DNA of 48,746 nucleotides from Perkinsus chesapeaki ATCC PRA-425 (Eukaryota; Protista; Perkinsozoa): NCBI GenBank assembly GCA_013115145.1, contig JAAPAO010000239.1, positions 1 to 48,746 of the forward strand, read 5' to 3'. Shown piece by piece: positions 44,253 to 48,746 of this stretch (position 1 is its first letter; each line of letters starts with the position of its first letter). The notes under the pieces were generated by a model. It saw only the letters and a program-made list of their open reading frames with translations, ran no database searches and was not told where the DNA came from. The position numbers and the translations under genes were made by a program.

Positions 44253-46942
44253 TAAGAAGAGTCCTTCGTTTGGCAGTCTGCCTATAAGAAGTATTTTATT
44301 AGTATCGATATGATAAATAGTACAATACTATTTTGAGTAGTAAAAAGAAGGATCAAATTACGTTTGGCAGTCGTTGGAAATGAGGTACATTTCACGACTT
44401 CATTTTTGATAGTATTTTAAGGGCAATTCAAGCTGGAGTGTTGAAAGGTATCTTAACAAATGAAGTATCTTTTCCCATTTGATCGATTAGCCTGGGCGCC
44501 GCGGATCCGCATGCAAAGGAGAATTGTTAATAGAGAAATGGTTCGAAAACACATGGGGTGTTTGTGCGCTTCGTTGAGCCGAAATTTATGCATTCGCTTT
44601 CAAGCGTGAGACCATTTTGCTGATCGATTCTGTGTTTCAGAGGACTCGGTGAGGAAATGGCTAAGGACAAAGCCTTCAGTGCTGAGAGACAGTCACTGCG
44701 CCGTGAAATTGAAGTACCAGAGTACCTTAGGGAAAAGGTTGAGAGGTTGAAGGAGGAGTTTAATATTGGAGAAGATACCTCTGGGAGCAGCAATAGTGAT
44801 CCTGTTAGGGCATCTATGGTAGTAGTACCTCGGCGGCAATGCTCAGAGCGATCACACTCCCGATTCGGATACTGTCGGCTGCGTCTGCTTTTATGAAGAA
44901 GGTTCGTGTTACAGTTTGTTGAAGTTTTATTTAACACTCGGTTACGTCACAGATTTCATGGGTTTTCACCAAGGGTATCAATGATAGTAGATGGTTATGA
45001 TGGTTAGCGCGTAGTGTTTACGGCAAAGGTGATAGTCGCAGCCTACGACCCGTAGGCATTGTCCGGGGTGGCCGGGGTAGTTCGGTTCCGGCGGTGGTGA
45101 CTCATCAGTGTCATCGGCTACTAGCAGCAGCTGCATTACGTATTATGTGGTTAAATAACGTTCTATAATGGAAATATACTGAATGATTGGGCAGCTTTCA
45201 AATGGCGCCAGTGAATATGGCCGATGGTCAGCCTCCGAGAGGCTTCCTTGCTTTGTTGAACCAAGTTAGTTTGACGGGAGTGAAGAGACTCTCCGATAGT
45301 CACATTGGTATCTCTGGCGGCGGTGGGCGCGAACACAGCACACAGCGCGTGCACATTGCGCGCACGTACGCAAAGATACGCGTTCTCACTTCCGGGCTAT
45401 GACCTATCACATTACCAGTGGGCCACCACCTTGCATCGTTCAGTAGAGATATGTCATTTACACATATTTCCTGTGATAAGGCTCATGGTTTGAAGTAAAC
45501 ATTTGCTGCGTGTATGCTGCGAAAGACAGGATGTAGCTCATAGTGGCAGGTTCAACGGTCGATGAATTCGGTGCAACCGTCGAAGGTGATGCAAAGTTTG
45601 ATAGGTCTTCGGGCAGCAATGTCACGGAAACATCTAGAGACTAACCCTACCATCGGAAATGAGTAAGAATAATACGGGTTCAAGCTCGCTCGGTGCCTGG
45701 TCGCTAAAAACGGTTTTCTCTCGCTGTTGGTTCGAGAAGTCGCCGACGGTGACTCACCGTCGTACTTGGCGACCAGCCAAACAAATCGCGAACGGCAGTG
45801 AGGAAGGTATTGTTCTCTGTTGACTGGTTTGACGAGGTGTTATCCGTCCAGCGCTGACGTTTCACACTTTTATGATTTGAATGGAGCTCCTATGTTGTCG
45901 TGTGACCAATGTCTAGGTTCAATCCTAGATGCTGCACCGATGGTCTAGACCCCCGAGATCACCCATGGGGAGCAGTGACGGTGGCATGGGGAAGTCCTCG
46001 GAAAAGGAAAATTGATGTAAGTGTATCCTCTCCGTGAGTTCCCATCGGCGATTTGGTGTTACCGGTTAAGTCTGTTGCATAAGCCTTCGAGGAGCGTGCC
46101 ATTTGTGGACTGTTCTTTACTCCACTTCCAGTACTTCTATATGCTACCACTCGGGCGAGGGCATTGCTAATTGGGAAGCTGATCGATTAGATCATAGCGA
46201 AATGAAAGCTGATGAGTGGCACTCAAGGAAAGCAAGCTAATTTCCAAGACAAGAGTGATTTCGTATGATTGTTCTGATGAAACTGGTGACATTTCACAGT
46301 GTATTCCTATTTGGCCGTTTAAGGATCAGTAGTACGAATGATATAGTACAGCAATTCTCTTAGCTTGGTGCCCTCCCTGCTTAATCTACCACGTCTTTCA
46401 GATTAGCCATAGCTGTGGCAGAAGTTCGGATTCCCAGAGTCGCAAGTCTAGACAGAAGCAAGGTGTTCGAACCCTATATCCTCTCATTGCATGACTTAAT
46501 GTCAATTGTGGCTGCTGCTGCTGTTGAATTCAAGCTGACTTCGGTTTAAGTGTAGTCAATATATATTACCTGCAGGGCATTCGTGTTGTTTAGGGATTCT
46601 GCCAGTTTCAGTTTTTAATTCTGGGAAGGGCAGATTGTCCGCTATCACGCACAGTTGGCATCAATATTAATAAATTTATTTTCACCAAACTTCTAGCTCT
46701 TTCGTTATGCTTGAAATGGAGAGGGATCGCTATTTGGTAAGGGAGTCCAGTAAAGGGTCATCTTGCAAATTTTGAGCACTGAAACTCTGTGCTCCGTGGT
46801 ACAGTGGACGGCTGTCAGACGTATTTGTACACACGTATTCTGGTACGGTCGTCCCATTCACTGGGGCTCCTGGATGAAAGCTCAAAAGAGGATGACATAC
46901 ACATGACATCGTCAGCTGTTGTGAAGTTCGGGTTTCTTGGAA

Positions 46943-47038
46943 ACCCGAATCAGTCAGCGTAACCCGAAGACCCGAATCAGTCAGCGTAACCCGAAGACCC
47001 GAATCAGTCAGCGTAACCCGAAGACCCGACTCAATGAG
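46943..47038. repeat. 27-bp tandem repeat, 3.5 copies
   Basis: acccgaatcagtcagcgtaacccgaag at 46943, 46970, 46997; reads SGLRVTLTD in minus ORF 46730-47098. Confidence 0.95.
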
Positions 47039-47771
47039 TCGGACTGACTTAGCCATTACTGAAGAGCCATTATTGAAGCCATTTTTGTCGTGCTCCAATC
47101 ATTGTTCACTGTGTACTAGTCTCTTACTGTGAAGAGACGCTCTCTATCCAGAGAAGACGTCGTTACAGTACCGTTCTGTAGTTCAGCCTGATATGGACAA
47201 CGGATGACGACACTGGCGCGGCTGCTCCGCCGTTAGTCTGAGGGTTGTATTTATCGACCAAACACGTGCTCTCTGGCCATGTAATCCTGTCAGAATTATC
47301 CTCACATAAAACAGTGTATTGACCTGCATATGACTGCCATTGACATACTATCGTCGAACCCAGAATCTTTCATGTGGAGACTCGATCTTACCAGCCAGAG
47401 CTTTGTGTGAGTTGGACTAATATGTAGCATCAAGGAGACATGGAGTAGCATTCGCACCGTAATTTTTGGGAGCCACTAACTACTCCAACGGTGATTTCAA
47501 AGCATAAGACTTTAGTCTCGACGAGGCACTATTGAATCACAGATTAAGTGTAGATAGTATTCACCATTAACATCTGAGGTCTCAAGCCTCATTGAGTCGT
47601 AAGCGTCCATGGTAGGTAGAATGACGAGAACAGTAATTAATAAGACGATAAACATTGGAGCGATCAAACGAAGGACTTCGAACAGCATTTAATGATAGAT
47701 GGTAGGTGGGGTTGCTGTCTCTGATAGTAGCTTCGTTTGTGTCGCTGAAACTCAAGTCGGGTGGACAAGGG

Positions 47772-48746
47772 TTACCCTGACTGCTCCCAGTTGAGCCATG
47801 TTACAAAACCCTGAGCAAGAGGTACCGAAGCATCTCTAGTTTGCTCGAGAATACCTGAGCCTATTTTGGCTTCCGGGTCTCTGATAATCCTCGCATATCC
47901 ATTTTCTCCCCAGCTGGTACCCCAACTATTTCTGATAATCCAGTAACTATTGTGATCTCCAATGAGGCGCAGTTGACTCTGGTTTAACTTGCCTTTTGCC
48001 TTTTGCTTTATCCACACCATAACCGACGAGTAAAACCGCGTGATCCGGAGGACCATCGCATGGGAATCCTGAAGTAAGTTCAACACTGCTATATAATATA
48101 CAGCAGTAATCTACCTTCAAGAATTCCTCCCTTATAAGACTTCCAATTAGCCGGTTTTGTATTGACTGCGATGCTAAGGGGCCCTTCCTGTAAATGTAGA
48201 AGCAGTTGGTCGAGTCTTCTCGGCTCAAGAGTGATTAAATCACCAGGGCCTATATCCCCGGGCTGAACAGCAGCAGTATACATTGGAACTAGCGACCCGG
48301 TGACCAATCCTGTTACCTGGTAAATCTGTTTGCTCCGGTCTGATACAATCTGTTTTTTACAAGTACCCGCTCGAGCCGTGTATGGATAGCTCTGACTTGC
48401 CACCACACCATTTTTACTCACATATTGGAGTGTGCCCAACGCTGACCCAGCATCACATCCCCTGAAGGTTAAGATTACTACTCAGCCGTAGTGCTGCGGA
48501 CTCACTCATTGCCCTCTTCTCTGGAGCAATCTATTATCTGTTGAACCGACAGTTTTGGTAGGGTCCCTTCAGCCTCCCATACTGCAGTTTCCAGAAGACC
48601 TAAGTTAGAGTGACATGAAGGACAATGCCGACAGCATCGAACTTTTCGGTCCGAAAACGTTGACGCACCTAATACGTTAGAGCTGCGGCCGACACCTTGC
48701 GGAAAAGCTCCGTGAGCCTTATGAGCCCAAGACACACTCGGCTTAT
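47772..48746 (-). CDS. Papain-family (C1A) cysteine protease-like gene, multi-exon, 5' part outside window
   Basis: LSVQQIIDCS, GCDAG, SYPYTARAGTC, GPLSIAVN, YKGGI, DHAVLLVGYG (catalytic His), YWIIRNSWGTSWGENGY (catalytic Asn). Confidence 0.88.

Overview
Eukaryotic protist genomic DNA with short GT-AG introns and three N gaps. The gene content (bacterial-type cardiolipin synthase, MLO-like protein, intronless secreted pepsin-like protease) suggests a perkinsid alveolate such as Perkinsus; this is inference. Part 1 (1-29.3 kb): a minus-strand run of spliced housekeeping genes (hypothetical, farnesyltransferase beta, cardiolipin synthase, EF-hand protein, MLO-like protein, archease) is interleaved with five intronless plus-strand paralogs of an unrecognised secreted family. 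These share the layout signal peptide, variable Cys domain, basic NLS-like patch, conserved GEDLLARAM motif, acidic tail ending YxFDDxxxxW. One copy is frameshifted, the copies are mosaics of each other, and duplicated scraps of neighbouring genes flank them. Part 2 (29.8-42.2 kb): an aspartyl protease gene is split at its second catalytic DTG motif by an 11.2-kb Mutator-like element with an 8-bp target duplication (TTACTACT). The element carries an unknown ORF of about 630 aa and an intact 1187-aa PHD-RING-FLYWCH-like-MULE transposase, each followed by its own tandem array. Part 3 (42.2-48.7 kb): poorly resolved hypothetical ORFs, a 27-bp tandem repeat and a papain-family protease gene running off the window end. 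All exon structures were read by eye.
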